Positions 46,213 to 56,590 of a stretch of DNA of 64,000 nucleotides are shown here, in pieces. Within the stretch, counting starts at the first letter, position 1. Each line of letters begins with the position of its first letter. A program made the position numbers and the translations under genes. The stretch is from Thermodesulfovibrionales bacterium (GTDB lineage Bacteria; Nitrospirota; Thermodesulfovibrionia; Thermodesulfovibrionales; SM23-35). The notes under the pieces were generated by a model. The model was not told the DNA's origin. It searched no databases and was given only the letters and a program-made list of their open reading frames with translations. The stretch spans positions 256,001 to 320,000 of the forward strand of contig CAVQRT010000031.1 in assembly GCA_963715195.1 (NCBI GenBank), given 5' to 3'.

Positions 46213-47608
46213 ATGGCGGTAAAGAATACAGCGAAAGAAGCCGTAAAAGAAAAAGTGATAAGCAGGGAATTCAAGGAATATGTGCGGGATGTCAATCCCG
46301 ATAAGGGTCTTGATGAAACGATAGCGAACCTTACGCCGGAAAAGATAGAAAAGACTATTAAGGCGGTTATCGGCGGGCGTTCTTCAAGGATTAAAGCGGT
46401 TATGAATACCTGTATCCATTGCGGCCTCTGCGCTGAGGCTTGCCAGTGGTATCATTTCCAATGACAAAGATCCAACCTATGCACCGGTAGCAAAGATGAG
46501 GATGACGATATGGGAGATGCTAAAACGGGACGGTAAGGTTGATGCCGAATTCATAAAGCAATGCGCACGGATAGTGTTCACAGAATGTAACATCTGCCAC
46601 CGCTGCAGCATGTATTGCCCGTATGGGTTGGATATTACCTTTATCATCGGTATGGTCCGCCGCATCTGTTTTTTACTCGGGGTCATTCCCCAGCGCCAGT
46701 TCGACCAGGCTGAAGCCCATATCGCTACGTTGAATCAGGTCTGGCTTTCGCAGAATGACTGGCTTGATGCCGTGCAGTGGCATAGAAGAAGAGTCAGGGG
46801 CGGATTATATAGACCTGCGTATTCCTATTGATAATGAGGGAGCAGAGGTTATGTTCTTGCCTCTCGGCGCAGAGCCGAAGACGGGGACGTACCACATAGA
46901 GCGTACAGCGAAGATTATGCTTGCTGCAGGAGTGAACTGGACGGTACCCGGGTAAGGGTGACTGGGACTGCAGCAGCATGTCCATGTTCGTCCGTGACAT
47001 GGTGACCATGCAGAGGATCGTGAGGGGGCTTTATGAGAATGCAGCCAGATTGCGAATTAAAACAATGATGTTGACTGAGTGAGGGCACCCTCGCTTTGCC
47101 ACAAGTTTTGTGGCACCGCCGATGCTGGGATACAAAGAACTCCCCTTTGAAGTGAAGCAGACGGGTGAAGTGTTACTATGACCTTCTCAAGAGCGGGAGG
47201 ATAAAGATTGACCCAAGCAAAAAGATTAAAGTACCTGTTACGCTTCAGGACCCGTGCAACATTATCGGACGGGCAGGGGCAGCGGAGAAATTCAGGTATA
47301 TTGTCAATGCAACCTGTGAGGATTTCCGGGAAATGACGCCGAACCGTGAGCATAACTATTGCTGTAATGCAGGTGGCGGACTGGCAGCGTTGTCGAACTG
47401 GGCAGCGCATAAAGCGAAGGGAAACAGGGTGAAGGCCGAGCAGATTAAGGCAACGGGTGCGAAGATTGTCATTACACCATGCCATAACTGCAGTACCGGT
47501 ATAAAAGATGTAATCAAAATCTGGGACCTCGGTGTAAAGAATATGTTTTTTGATGAATTACTCGTAAATACCATGGTAATGCCTGATGAATTTAAAGTAC
47601 AGAAATAA
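46213..47608 (+). CDS. tmcB: TmcB/HmcF-like (HdrD/DsrK family) Fe-S CCG-domain protein, probable selenoprotein; four +1 frameshifts
   Basis: CIHCGLCAEAC, CNICHRCSMYCP, E-TGA-GH at 47080, QDPCN, YCCNAGGG, TPCHNC; frames join near 46456, 46781, 46950, 47164. Confidence 0.78.
47080..47115 (+). other. Candidate selenocysteine UGA codon and SECIS hairpin
   Basis: In-frame TGA 47080-47082 at the conserved ECGH Cys position; TGCCACAA-GTT-TTGTGGCA stem 47097-47115 with loop G 23 nt downstream. Confidence 0.65.
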
Positions 47609-47629
47609 AGCGGGAAGGATGAGAATATT

Positions 47630-49306
47630 ATGAAAAAAGGGTTAATTGTTTTTGCCGTCGGATTTTGTTATCTCATCTTGATCATTTACGGTATCGGTGT
47701 AATCTATTCTGTGGAAACTCCCACTGAGAAAACAGAAGTTGTTCAAAAGGTCCCGGTTGAACAGCTCAAGGATAAAATTTCCATTGCCCATGCCGATATC
47801 TTTGGTTCGCTTGAACGCCCTCAGGTGATTTTTGATCACAAGAAGCATATTGAAGCACTGGTCAAGGATGGCAAAAAGGATTGGGAAACCTGCGACTCCT
47901 GCCATCCCTGGAATGAAGACAAGACGCATATGTCCTTTATTTTTCCCCAAAAGGTCGCAAAAAAAGATAAAGACTCCTACATGCATGCTTACCACGATGA
48001 GTGCATGGATTGTCACAAGGAGATGAGTTCCGAGAAAAAGAAAAGCGGCCCTGTCGTCTGCGGCGAGTGTCATGTTGAAAAGCTTGCAGCGTTACAATAT
48101 ATATATCCGGCCGCAGAATTTAGTTACGAACATCATGATAACCATGACAAGAAATTAAAAGAAAAGAATATACAAGACAACTGTGCTTATTGCCATCATA
48201 TTTATAATGAAGAACTCGTCTATGAAAAGGGCAAGGAGTGGTCATGTTATTACTGCCACGAGATCGGCAGAAAGACAGGTCCGGTTCTTGCCGAGGAGAC
48301 AAGAATAATCGGCAAGAAAGGCCTCGGTCTGGACAGGGTCTCCCATACGCGATGCCTCAATTGCCATCTCTACTATAAAAAGCAGGATGAAGGAAAGAAG
48401 AAAGCCAAGGACGAAAAAGAGATTCCGATTGAATGTGCGCAATGTCATACGGGTAAATACAAGACGATAGCGGAACTGGAAAAGGTTCCCCGGCCGGATA
48501 GCGGACAGGCAGAAAAAGCTTTTATAGACGTTGACAAGGCAAAAATGAAGGGGGTTCCCTTTGACCATAAGAGCCATCAAACCCAATCCAAGACATGCCG
48601 GGGATGCCACCACGAAACCCTGAATGCATGCAAAGAATGTCACACGCTCACCGGGAATCCGGATGGAGGGAACGTAAATATTGCTGGGGCGTACCACGAA
48701 ATTTCTTCTGAACAGAGCTGCTCTGGATGTCATACGGTCAAGAAAGCTGAGAAAAATTGTAACGGATGCCACCATGCAATCATGCCTGTCGATGCCCAGA
48801 CAAAGGGTCCTAAGAAGGCAATTTGTGCAATCTGCCATTCCGGAAAGCGGGAACTCCTTCCCGCAACAAAACTTTCCATCGCCGGACTTGATACAGAGAA
48901 GGTCAAGAAGGAGGTGGAAGTAAAGATCCTTGAGAAGGAATATGAACCTTCTAAGTTCCCGCATATAAAGATTATTGAGAAGATGGTAAAAATTTCGAAT
49001 GATGACAAGTTAGGATCCTATTTCCACAGGGATCTCCAAACACTCTGTGAGGGATGTCATCATCAGAGCCGGGCAGAGGCAGAGGCAAAGAAAGACGAGC
49101 CGCCTTATTGCAGGAACTGTCATTCCATAGCATTTGATCCCCAGCGAATCAACAGGCCAAGATTACTTGCCGCCTACCACCGTCAGTGCATACAGTGTCA
49201 TCAAAAGATGGAACTTGAGAAACCGAAAGAATGCAAGGAATGTCATAAGGAAAAAGAACTGCGTCCGGAATTCGTTCTTTCAAAGCCCAGTGAAGTAAGC
49301 CGGTAG
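47630..49306 (+). CDS. hmcA: 16-heme high-molecular-weight cytochrome c
   Basis: Sixteen CxxCH motifs counted, cytochrome c3-type FDHKKH and AYH motifs, N-terminal membrane anchor. Confidence 0.88.
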   Translation: MKKGLIVFAVGFCYLILIIYGIGVIYSVETPTEKTEVVQKVPVEQLKDKISIAHADIFGSLERPQVIFDHKKHIEALVKDGKKDWETCDSCHPWNEDKTHMSFIFPQKVAKKDKDSYMHAYHDECMDCHKEMSSEKKKSGPVVCGECHVEKLAALQYIYPAAEFSYEHHDNHDKKLKEKNIQDNCAYCHHIYNEELVYEKGKEWSCYYCHEIGRKTGPVLAEETRIIGKKGLGLDRVSHTRCLNCHLYYKKQDEGKKKAKDEKEIPIECAQCHTGKYKTIAELEKVPRPDSGQAEKAFIDVDKAKMKGVPFDHKSHQTQSKTCRGCHHETLNACKECHTLTGNPDGGNVNIAGAYHEISSEQSCSGCHTVKKAEKNCNGCHHAIMPVDAQTKGPKKAICAICHSGKRELLPATKLSIAGLDTEKVKKEVEVKILEKEYEPSKFPHIKIIEKMVKISNDDKLGSYFHRDLQTLCEGCHHQSRAEAEAKKDEPPYCRNCHSIAFDPQRINRPRLLAAYHRQCIQCHQKMELEKPKECKECHKEKELRPEFVLSKPSEVSR

Positions 49307-49321
49307 CAAGAGGAGGACTGA

Positions 49322-49435
49322 ATGTATATATTCGAACAACTGTTTTCCCATCACGGATACGAATATGCGGTTGCCGTGCTGGCGATGTTTGTTTTTATCG
49401 CGTTTTATATGATTATTACATCGGAGAGAAAATAA
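49322..49435 (+). CDS. HmcD-like small single-TM subunit (37 aa, absent from ORF track)
   Basis: GAGGAGG RBS; MYIFEQLFSHHGYEYAVAVLAMFVFIAFYMIITSERK*. Confidence 0.65.
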   Translation: MYIFEQLFSHHGYEYAVAVLAMFVFIAFYMIITSERK

Positions 49436-49454
49436 ACGGCATGGAGGCGAACGT

Positions 49455-50483
49455 ATGAGTATAGACAGAAGGAAATTCCTGAAGCACTCCTTAACCATGG
49501 CTGGAGCAACGTTGCTCAGCGGTGGATCCATTGCCCATGCTTTAGATAAACGCGATCCTTCTATTCTTTCGACCGGAAACACCGCAAATGCAAGAAACTG
49601 GAAGCTATGGGTCGAGAAGTCTGAAAGCCTTACCCCGGAAAAATATGGCGTTCTCGTTGATACAACTGTCTGTATCGGATGCCGCAGATGCGAGTGGGCA
49701 TGCAATGAATGGAATAAAAACCCAAACAGGCCGATAAAGGAGTTTGAAGCGTCGGTATCACAACAAAAATCTGTTTTCGACACGGTCCGGAGAATGCATG
49801 CCGGCAACTTTACGGTGGTTAATCGCTTCATAAGCTCTAAAGACGGCAAGCCGATATACGTGAAGAGGCAATGCATGCACTGCGACGATCCCGGCTGTTT
49901 ATCCTCATGTTTTGTCGATGCATACAGAAAAGCCAAAAATGGCCCGGTTGTCCATAACGCATCGGTATGTATCGGGTGCCGCTATTGCATGGTTGCCTGC
50001 CCCTTTGACGTGCCCGCATATGAATACTATGCTCCGTTAAACCCGCAAATCACAAAATGTACGTTTTGCTTTGACAGAATATCGCAGGGCGGGGTCCCGG
50101 CCTGTGTCGAGATTTGTCCTGCGGGAGTACTGACCTATGGGAAAAGAAGCGATCTTATGAAACTTGCACGCGAAAAGATAGGAAACAACCCTGATAAATA
50201 TATTGATCATGTTTACGGAGAATATGAGGTGGGAGGTACAAGCTGGCTTTATTTGTCGTCAGTTCCTTTTCATGAAATAGGTCTGAGAACAGATGTTGGA
50301 ACAACCCCTACACCAAAACTCACTAAGGGATTTCTTATTGGTGTCAAGATGTTCGAAATAGTCGCCGCATGGCCTCTTGTTTTCGGGGCCTATTATACAA
50401 TCTCAAAGGCTCGGGAAAAAACAAGAGCGGGCCATGAAGCATCCGCTGCTGGAAAGGAAGAAGGTCATGGCGAAAAACACTAA
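49455..50483 (+). CDS. hmcB: HmcB/HybA-like Tat-exported 4x[4Fe-4S] subunit
   Basis: DRRKFLK Tat motif; CIGCRRC, CMHC, CIGCRYCMVACP, KCTFC; C-terminal TM. Confidence 0.85.
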   Translation: MSIDRRKFLKHSLTMAGATLLSGGSIAHALDKRDPSILSTGNTANARNWKLWVEKSESLTPEKYGVLVDTTVCIGCRRCEWACNEWNKNPNRPIKEFEASVSQQKSVFDTVRRMHAGNFTVVNRFISSKDGKPIYVKRQCMHCDDPGCLSSCFVDAYRKAKNGPVVHNASVCIGCRYCMVACPFDVPAYEYYAPLNPQITKCTFCFDRISQGGVPACVEICPAGVLTYGKRSDLMKLAREKIGNNPDKYIDHVYGEYEVGGTSWLYLSSVPFHEIGLRTDVGTTPTPKLTKGFLIGVKMFEIVAAWPLVFGAYYTISKAREKTRAGHEASAAGKEEGHGEKH

Positions 50484-51681
50484 TTCTTGGTTTCGGGAAA
50501 AGATACTTCTTGGCAAGTCTAATAGAGATTACATTATCAGCAGTGCTACTCCGGGGAATTTTATCGCAGGTCTTATCATCGTCTATGGGGTTATCGTCAT
50601 GGTTTACCGTCTTTTCTTCGGTCTCGGACCCTCGACGAATCTCTCTGATAACTATCCCTGGGGCTTCTGGATAGGGTTCGATATCCTTATCGGGATTGCT
50701 TTGGCAGCTCCGGGCTTAACCCTTGGAACAGCAGTCCATCTCTTCGGGATGAAGAAATATCACCATTTCGTCCGCCCTGCTATTCTCTCAAGTCTTCTCG
50801 GATATATTTTTGCGGTATTTGCGCTTCTTTTCGACCTTGGCCGTTACTATCGGATCCCCTATCTCCTGGGATGGTCATGGGGTTTTTCTTCAGTGCTGTT
50901 TTTGATCGGCTGGCATTTCTTCCTGTATATCAACATCTGCCTCATTGAGTGGAGTCCTGCGCTTTTTGAATGGTTGAATCTCAAGAAACTCCGCGAATTT
51001 TTTCAGAGGGCGGCAATATGGGCAACTATTTTCGGAGTCATTATCGCCGGAGGCCATCAGTCTGCGCTTGGTGGGTTGTATCTGATTGCCCCTGCAAAAC
51101 TTCACCCCCTCTGGTATTCAATGTTCTTGCCGGTTTTTTTCCTTTTATCCGCAATATTTGTAGGCATTGCGATGGTGATCGTGGAAAGCACGATTACTCA
51201 CAAGGTGTTTAAACATCAGCTGAAGGATTTTAACCAGGCTGAATTTGACAAGCGGACCATGGGTCTTGGCACGGCCGCTGCAGCGGGTTTATTCATCTAC
51301 TTTATTCTCAAAATATTTGATCTGGCTCATTCAGACAACTGGGCATATTTGAACACATTTTATGGTTACTGGTACTTGCTTGAGGTCCTGGGCTTTGTTC
51401 TCCTGCCGGCAATGCTTTTCGCATCGGGCGTTAGAAACGGGAATGCAAAGCTTATTCGCCTGACGGCAGTTTTGACGGTGGCCGGTGTGATATTAAACCG
51501 ATTGAATGTCTCTATCTTTGCCTATAACTGGCAATTCCCTGCATCAATGAAGTATTACCCGAAATGGATGGAAATTTCACTGTCTTTCGGGGTTGTAGCA
51601 ATGTTGATTGTCGCGTACCGCTTTATTGCCAACAGAATGGCAATCATGTACGATCACCCTGATTACGGTTCAGGTCACTAA
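50467..51681 (+). CDS. hmcC: HmcC/HybB (NrfD-family) membrane subunit
   Basis: TNLSDNYPWG, DLGR, HQSALG, KLHPLW, NRLNV; many TM helices. Confidence 0.83.
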   Translation: MAKNTNSWFREKILLGKSNRDYIISSATPGNFIAGLIIVYGVIVMVYRLFFGLGPSTNLSDNYPWGFWIGFDILIGIALAAPGLTLGTAVHLFGMKKYHHFVRPAILSSLLGYIFAVFALLFDLGRYYRIPYLLGWSWGFSSVLFLIGWHFFLYINICLIEWSPALFEWLNLKKLREFFQRAAIWATIFGVIIAGGHQSALGGLYLIAPAKLHPLWYSMFLPVFFLLSAIFVGIAMVIVESTITHKVFKHQLKDFNQAEFDKRTMGLGTAAAAGLFIYFILKIFDLAHSDNWAYLNTFYGYWYLLEVLGFVLLPAMLFASGVRNGNAKLIRLTAVLTVAGVILNRLNVSIFAYNWQFPASMKYYPKWMEISLSFGVVAMLIVAYRFIANRMAIMYDHPDYGSGH

Positions 51682-51750
51682 TATGATGATGGGTTTTCGG
51701 AAAAAAGCGAAAACTTTTATATAGGAACCCTGATAAATATTGAGCTGTTT

Positions 51751-52263
51751 TCAGGTTGCAGACTTTCTATTTGCTGTATTTAATAATTTATCGATATGCT
51801 TTTGGAGATAAGTCAGAGCTTCTGCGAGTTTGTCCTGGGAAATCCTCGGTACCGTGTTTAGTAAACTTCTGATTTCAGGTTCATCCTTTCCCAGTGCTTT
51901 ACTGATATAAAACGAATCAATTTTGCTATCCATTATTAAACAGCCGCACCCGCCTGCTGAACCTAAAAACTCCCCGTTTATAAAAATAGGCACGAGAAAT
52001 TTTGAAAATCCCGCTTCACATTCATCAATAACTGGAGTCCTGCTCTGAAAAACTTTTTTTGAAAAATTTTGCTGGGAAGTAGCACATATTACACGGGAAT
52101 CGCCGGCCTTAATCAAAGGACACACCTCATTTGCCCATCCAACAGGAGAATGAATAAGGAGATTGTCCTTATTATAAATACAACTGTTAAAGCCAAAATT
52201 TTTATACATATCCTCAGCCAACTGCCTCCAGGATTCAACAGGAATTAGATCAGTGAGTTCCAT
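51751..52263 (-). CDS. Stand-alone PocR ligand-binding domain protein
   Basis: WANEVCPLIK...IC...DECEAGFSKFLVPIF..GEFLGSAGGCG; GGAGG RBS. Confidence 0.75.
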   Translation of the reverse strand: MELTDLIPVESWRQLAEDMYKNFGFNSCIYNKDNLLIHSPVGWANEVCPLIKAGDSRVICATSQQNFSKKVFQSRTPVIDECEAGFSKFLVPIFINGEFLGSAGGCGCLIMDSKIDSFYISKALGKDEPEIRSLLNTVPRISQDKLAEALTYLQKHIDKLLNTANRKSAT

Positions 52264-52385
52264 CCTCAACCTCCTCCTATTTATTTATATTACACTAATA
52301 TTATCATGAGCAAGGAAAAAAGATAACAGTTATTTCTTATAACAGCTTTATGAATTAGTAGCATTACTGCTGTATAAACACAAAA

Positions 52386-52416
52386 CTGCGCAAAGGGTCA
52401 TTTGCCCTCTGCGCAG
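52386..52416 (-). terminator. Intrinsic terminator for the 52440 gene
   Basis: CTGCGCAAAGGG...CCCTCTGCGCAG hairpin followed on minus strand by TTTTGTGTTT. Confidence 0.6.
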
Positions 52417-52439
52417 CCATTTTATGCTACAGGTGGACA

Positions 52440-52799
52440 TTATTGAAAAGTAATACTCCTTGCGAGATTCACTTCGCCCTTCTTGGTATATACAACAACA
52501 ATCTTGTCGCCGGCTTTGATGTCAGAGAGGCCCCTTTTTTCATTCCCTTTCATTATTTTTGTTTCCTGGTCTGTAACAGCAGTAACTGCTATGGTCTTAT
52601 CCTTAAATTTTTTTGTTACGGTAATGGTACCAGCGCCTTCATTTACTGATTGGACAGCCCCACTGATCTGTAAAGATTTCGATGCAGGCAGGAGTTTAAA
52701 ATCATGTGACTGATCCTTTTGATTTTCGGACGCATATGAAGTTGTTGCGATACAAAAAGCAAAGAAAAAAGACAAGAGAATAAAGATACATTTCTTCAC
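52440..52799 (-). CDS. Secreted small OB-fold-like protein
   Basis: Signal peptide; ISGAVQSV...TKI...LSDIKAGDKIVV; GGAGGTG RBS favours GTG 52799. Confidence 0.65.
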   Translation of the reverse strand: MKKCIFILLSFFFAFCIATTSYASENQKDQSHDFKLLPASKSLQISGAVQSVNEGAGTITVTKKFKDKTIAVTAVTDQETKIMKGNEKRGLSDIKAGDKIVVVYTKKGEVNLARSITFQ

Positions 52800-53060
52800 A
52801 GAAATCACCTCCTTTCGTGAATATTTTCATGAACACTTTATGTAGATGATCTTTCTTGTGACTTATCATTATACTAAAAAATTGCGCATAACGGGAAAGA
52901 TTTTTCTTAACGAGACAAATAAACAGTATCTCGCTTAAGCCTTATATATCTTCTGGTAACAATAAGAGCACGGGTGGCTATTTTAGGATGAAAAAGTCCG
53001 GACATTTTCAGCAATTTTTATGGTAAAATTACTTACTTTACAAAGGAGCAGAGAGGCATT

Positions 53061-54791
53061 ATGAAGATGACCGGAGCTGAAATATTTATTGAGAGTCTGA
53101 AAAGAGAAGGGGTCAAGCACATCTTCGGATACCCCGGAGGAGTGATACTGAACATATTTGATCTCCTCTATGAAGATAAGGACATACAACTCATTCTCAC
53201 AAGACACGAGCAAGGAGCTGTGCATGCGGCAGATGGATATGCACGGTCAACAGGCAAGCCTGGGGTGGTCCTTGTTACCTCAGGGCCAGGGGCTACCAAT
53301 ACCGTAACGGGGATTGCAACCGCCTCTATGGATTCCATACCCCTTGTTGTTTTTTCCGGCCAGGTGCCGACCATGCTTATTGGGAATGATGCGTTTCAGG
53401 AAGCAGATATCGTCGGGATTTCGAGGCCGTGCACGAAATATAATTTTCTTGCAAAAGACGTCAATGACCTATCGATGATTGTCAGAGAGGCATTCTACAT
53501 CGCAATGGCAGGACGTCCGGGACCGGTCCTTATTGATCTTCCTAAAGATGTTACGTCATCAAGGGCAGAGTTCACGTGGCCTGAAGTAAAAATCAGAAGC
53601 TACAATCCGACATACGAAGGCAATAAGTGGAGAATCAGCCAGGCTGCTCAGATGATTGCGAAATCGAAGAAAGCCCTTATCATTGCCGGCGGCGGCGTGA
53701 TTCTTTCGGGAGCCCATAAGGAATTAAAAGAGCTTGCTGAAATAACCAATACCCCGGTTACGATGACACTTATGGGACTTGGGGGCTTTCCGGGCACACA
53801 TCCGCTTTCCCTCGGGATGCCGGGAATGCACGGCACGTATTACGCCAACAAGTCAATTCAGGAGTCTGATCTTCTGATTGCAATAGGTATGCGGTTTGAT
53901 GACAGGGTGACCGGAAAGCTCGATGAATTTGCTCCCCATGCAAAAATCATTCATATTGATATCGATCCGACTTCCATAAAGAAAAACGTTCGGGTGGATG
54001 TTCCGATCGTGGGTGATGTCAGGAGAGTTCTCACTGTTTTGAACAGGATATTGAAGGAGGATACGAAAGAGCAGTGGGAGGAAGTGCGCAAGGCCTGGTT
54101 AAGACAGATCGATGCCTGGAAACAGGAAAGACCGATGACGTACACGTACAGTGAGGAAGTGATAAAACCTCAGTTTGTTGTGGAAAAAATCTACGAATTA
54201 ACAAAAGGGGATGCGATCATCTCGACTGAAGTTGGCCAGAACCAGATGTGGGCTGCTCAGTTCTATAAGTATGACAAACCCCGGATGTGGCTGACTTCGG
54301 GTGGACTCGGTACAATGGGCTATGGCTTCCCTGCTGCAATCGGTGCCCAGATAGCCCATCCGAACAAGCTGGTAATCGATATCGCCGGAGATGGAAGTAT
54401 ACAGATGAATATCCAGGAGCTTGCTACAGCAGTTATTAATAAACTGCCGGTAAAGGTTGCGATACTCAATAACCGCTATCTCGGAATGGTACGGCAATGG
54501 CAGGAACTTTTCTACAACGAAAGGTATTCATATACCCATCTCGAGGTTGTGCCGGATTTTGTGAAATTAGCCGAGGCATATGGTGCAGTTGGTCTCAGAG
54601 CAACAAAACCAAACGAAGTCGAACCTGTCTTGAAAGAAGCATTTAAGATCAAAAAGACCGTATTCATGGATTTTGTTGTTCACTGGAAGGAGAAAGTCTT
54701 TCCCATGGTGCCTGCAGGTGCACCGATCGACCATATGCTTTTTGAAGAGAAGGAACAAAAGGAAGAGAAAAAATTAAAAGCAGTCAAGTAA
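53061..54791 (+). CDS. ilvB: Acetolactate synthase large subunit
   Basis: [36 protein letters not shown]. Confidence 0.96.
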   Translation: MKMTGAEIFIESLKREGVKHIFGYPGGVILNIFDLLYEDKDIQLILTRHEQGAVHAADGYARSTGKPGVVLVTSGPGATNTVTGIATASMDSIPLVVFSGQVPTMLIGNDAFQEADIVGISRPCTKYNFLAKDVNDLSMIVREAFYIAMAGRPGPVLIDLPKDVTSSRAEFTWPEVKIRSYNPTYEGNKWRISQAAQMIAKSKKALIIAGGGVILSGAHKELKELAEITNTPVTMTLMGLGGFPGTHPLSLGMPGMHGTYYANKSIQESDLLIAIGMRFDDRVTGKLDEFAPHAKIIHIDIDPTSIKKNVRVDVPIVGDVRRVLTVLNRILKEDTKEQWEEVRKAWLRQIDAWKQERPMTYTYSEEVIKPQFVVEKIYELTKGDAIISTEVGQNQMWAAQFYKYDKPRMWLTSGGLGTMGYGFPAAIGAQIAHPNKLVIDIAGDGSIQMNIQELATAVINKLPVKVAILNNRYLGMVRQWQELFYNERYSYTHLEVVPDFVKLAEAYGAVGLRATKPNEVEPVLKEAFKIKKTVFMDFVVHWKEKVFPMVPAGAPIDHMLFEEKEQKEEKKLKAVK

Positions 54792-54863
54792 AGATAGGAG
54801 ACAGGAAATAACAACTGAATTACTAAGGAGTTCATAAATAAGATTACATATAATAAAAATACT

Positions 54864-54929
54864 GTCATTGTCCGGCTCGACCGGACAATCCAGTGTTTTC
54901 TGGATTCCCCGATCAAGTCGGGGAATGAC
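54864..54929. repeat. REP-like repeat, copy 5 (between ilvB and ilvN)
   Basis: GTCATTGTCCGGCTCGACCGGACAATCC...GGATTCCCCGATCAAGTCGGGGAATGAC. Confidence 0.7.
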
Positions 54930-54990
54930 GATTATGAAACTATGCTTATGTACTTCTTAGTAAGAAACTGAGATACAGAAGAGGGCTATC

Positions 54991-55479
54991 ATGCGACATA
55001 CCATTTCATTACTTGTTGAAAACAAATTCGGGGTACTTTCAAGAATATCAGGCCTTTTCAGCGGCAGGGGGTACAATATCGAGAGCCTGTCCGTTGGTGA
55101 AACGATCGACCCGCAAATATCGACCATGACGATTGTCACAAGCGGTGATGATAAGATCATAGAGCAGATCAACAAACAACTCAATAAGCTCATTGATGTG
55201 GTAAAGGTTATCGATATGACGGAGCTTGACCATGTTGAACGAGAGATGGTTCTTATTAAGGTTACCCCGAAACACGAAGACAAAGCTGAAGTCCTGAGGC
55301 TTGCGGAAATCTTCCGGGGGAGAATTGTTGATTCCAGCAAGAGCACCTACACGATCGAGATAACTGGCGACGAAAAGAAGATTGAAGCGATTATTGAGCT
55401 CCTCAAACCGGTCGGCATCAGAGAATTTGTGAGGACCGGAAAGATAGCCATAGCCCGTGAGGGCATCAGGAAAGCCTGA
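54991..55479 (+). CDS. ilvN: Acetolactate synthase small subunit
   Basis: [35 protein letters not shown]. Confidence 0.95.
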   Translation: MRHTISLLVENKFGVLSRISGLFSGRGYNIESLSVGETIDPQISTMTIVTSGDDKIIEQINKQLNKLIDVVKVIDMTELDHVEREMVLIKVTPKHEDKAEVLRLAEIFRGRIVDSSKSTYTIEITGDEKKIEAIIELLKPVGIREFVRTGKIAIAREGIRKA

Positions 55480-55549
55480 TTCCTCTCTGTGCTCACGCCC
55501 TTTTGAGGACATTGTCTCTCAATTGTGTGTGACGGGTCCAATCCTCTCT

Positions 55550-56573
55550 TCATAAGAAGAGATCGTGCTTTGCTGAAATTATTTCAAAGACCTCTATCCG
55601 CAGAAAGGCTATTCACGCACTTAATGTCTTCACATGATTTTTTGAAACAGGGCGCGCAAGGGGTATTTGATCTGATAACGGTATGCCCTTCACCATAAGG
55701 CCCCGTTTTCCGGGGATCGGTTGGACCGAATATCGCAAAGACAGGTGTTCCGAGAGCGGCAGCAATATGCATGGGCCCTGAATCGTTACTCACGACGAAC
55801 TGTGCCTGTTTCATAATGTCCACCAAATCCTTCAGATCTGTTTTTCCTGCAAGAGATATGGACTTGCCTTTTGACAGAGAGACGATTTCATCAGCGATAG
55901 TGCTATCGCCTTTGCTTCCCACGATACAAGTTTTTGTGGGCAGTAAGGATGCAAGTTTCCCAAAGTGTTCAGCGGGCCATCGTTTGGTTTTCCATCTGGC
56001 ACCTGGCACAAGAACTGCGTATCCATCAGGGGTAGGCAAGGATGAAGGATGAGGGATGAAGGATGAAGCTCTCTCGACTGGCGGGAACGGAAAGGAGATG
56101 TCAGATATATCGCAGCCCAGATATTCGGCAATTTTCAGATATCTATCGACAGCATGGATATCTTTTCCACCCGTAACGGTATGTGTATAAAAAACCCTGC
56201 TCCCTTCTCTCGCCTCCTGAAATCCGATTCTTACCGGAGAACCGGTTGCAGAAGTAATAATTCCGCTCCTCAGAAGTCCCTGCAGGTCAATTACCAGATC
56301 GTATTTTTCCTGCTTCAGCTCTCTGAACAAGAGCCTGACTTCTTGCACGGTCTGCCTTGCATTCCGGATGTTTTTCCAGGAGTCTTTTTTGATGATCCAT
56401 AATCTGTGGATCATCGGGTGGCCTTGAAGAAGTCCTTCGAATCCATGTGCGATAACCCAGTGAATCTCGGCTCCAGGGAAACGTTGTTTCAGTGCATACA
56501 GAAAGGGGAGGCTGTGCACGATATCACCGAGCGAACTCGGTTTAACAATGAGAATTTTCCGTGGAACTTTCAT
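55550..56573 (-). CDS. waaC: Lipopolysaccharide heptosyltransferase (GT9, WaaC-like); +1 frameshift near 55595 at the C-terminus
   Basis: KPSSLGDIVH, DLQGLLRS, NDSGPMHIAAA, FGPT; corrected tail EVFEIISAKHDLFL*. Confidence 0.8.
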
Positions 56574-56590
56574 TTTAAGCTTCAAACTTT

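Noticed and set aside
46213..47608. Programmed ribosomal frameshifting in tmcB and other split genes
   Set aside because: Four shifts in one gene with no consistent slippery motif; the same +1 pattern appears in unrelated genes
52810..53060. Leader-peptide attenuator for ilvBN
   Set aside because: No short Ile/Leu/Val-rich ORF with a terminator was seen
19405..54929. CRISPR array
   Set aside because: Repeats are dispersed single degenerate copies, with no regular repeat-spacer pattern and no cas genes
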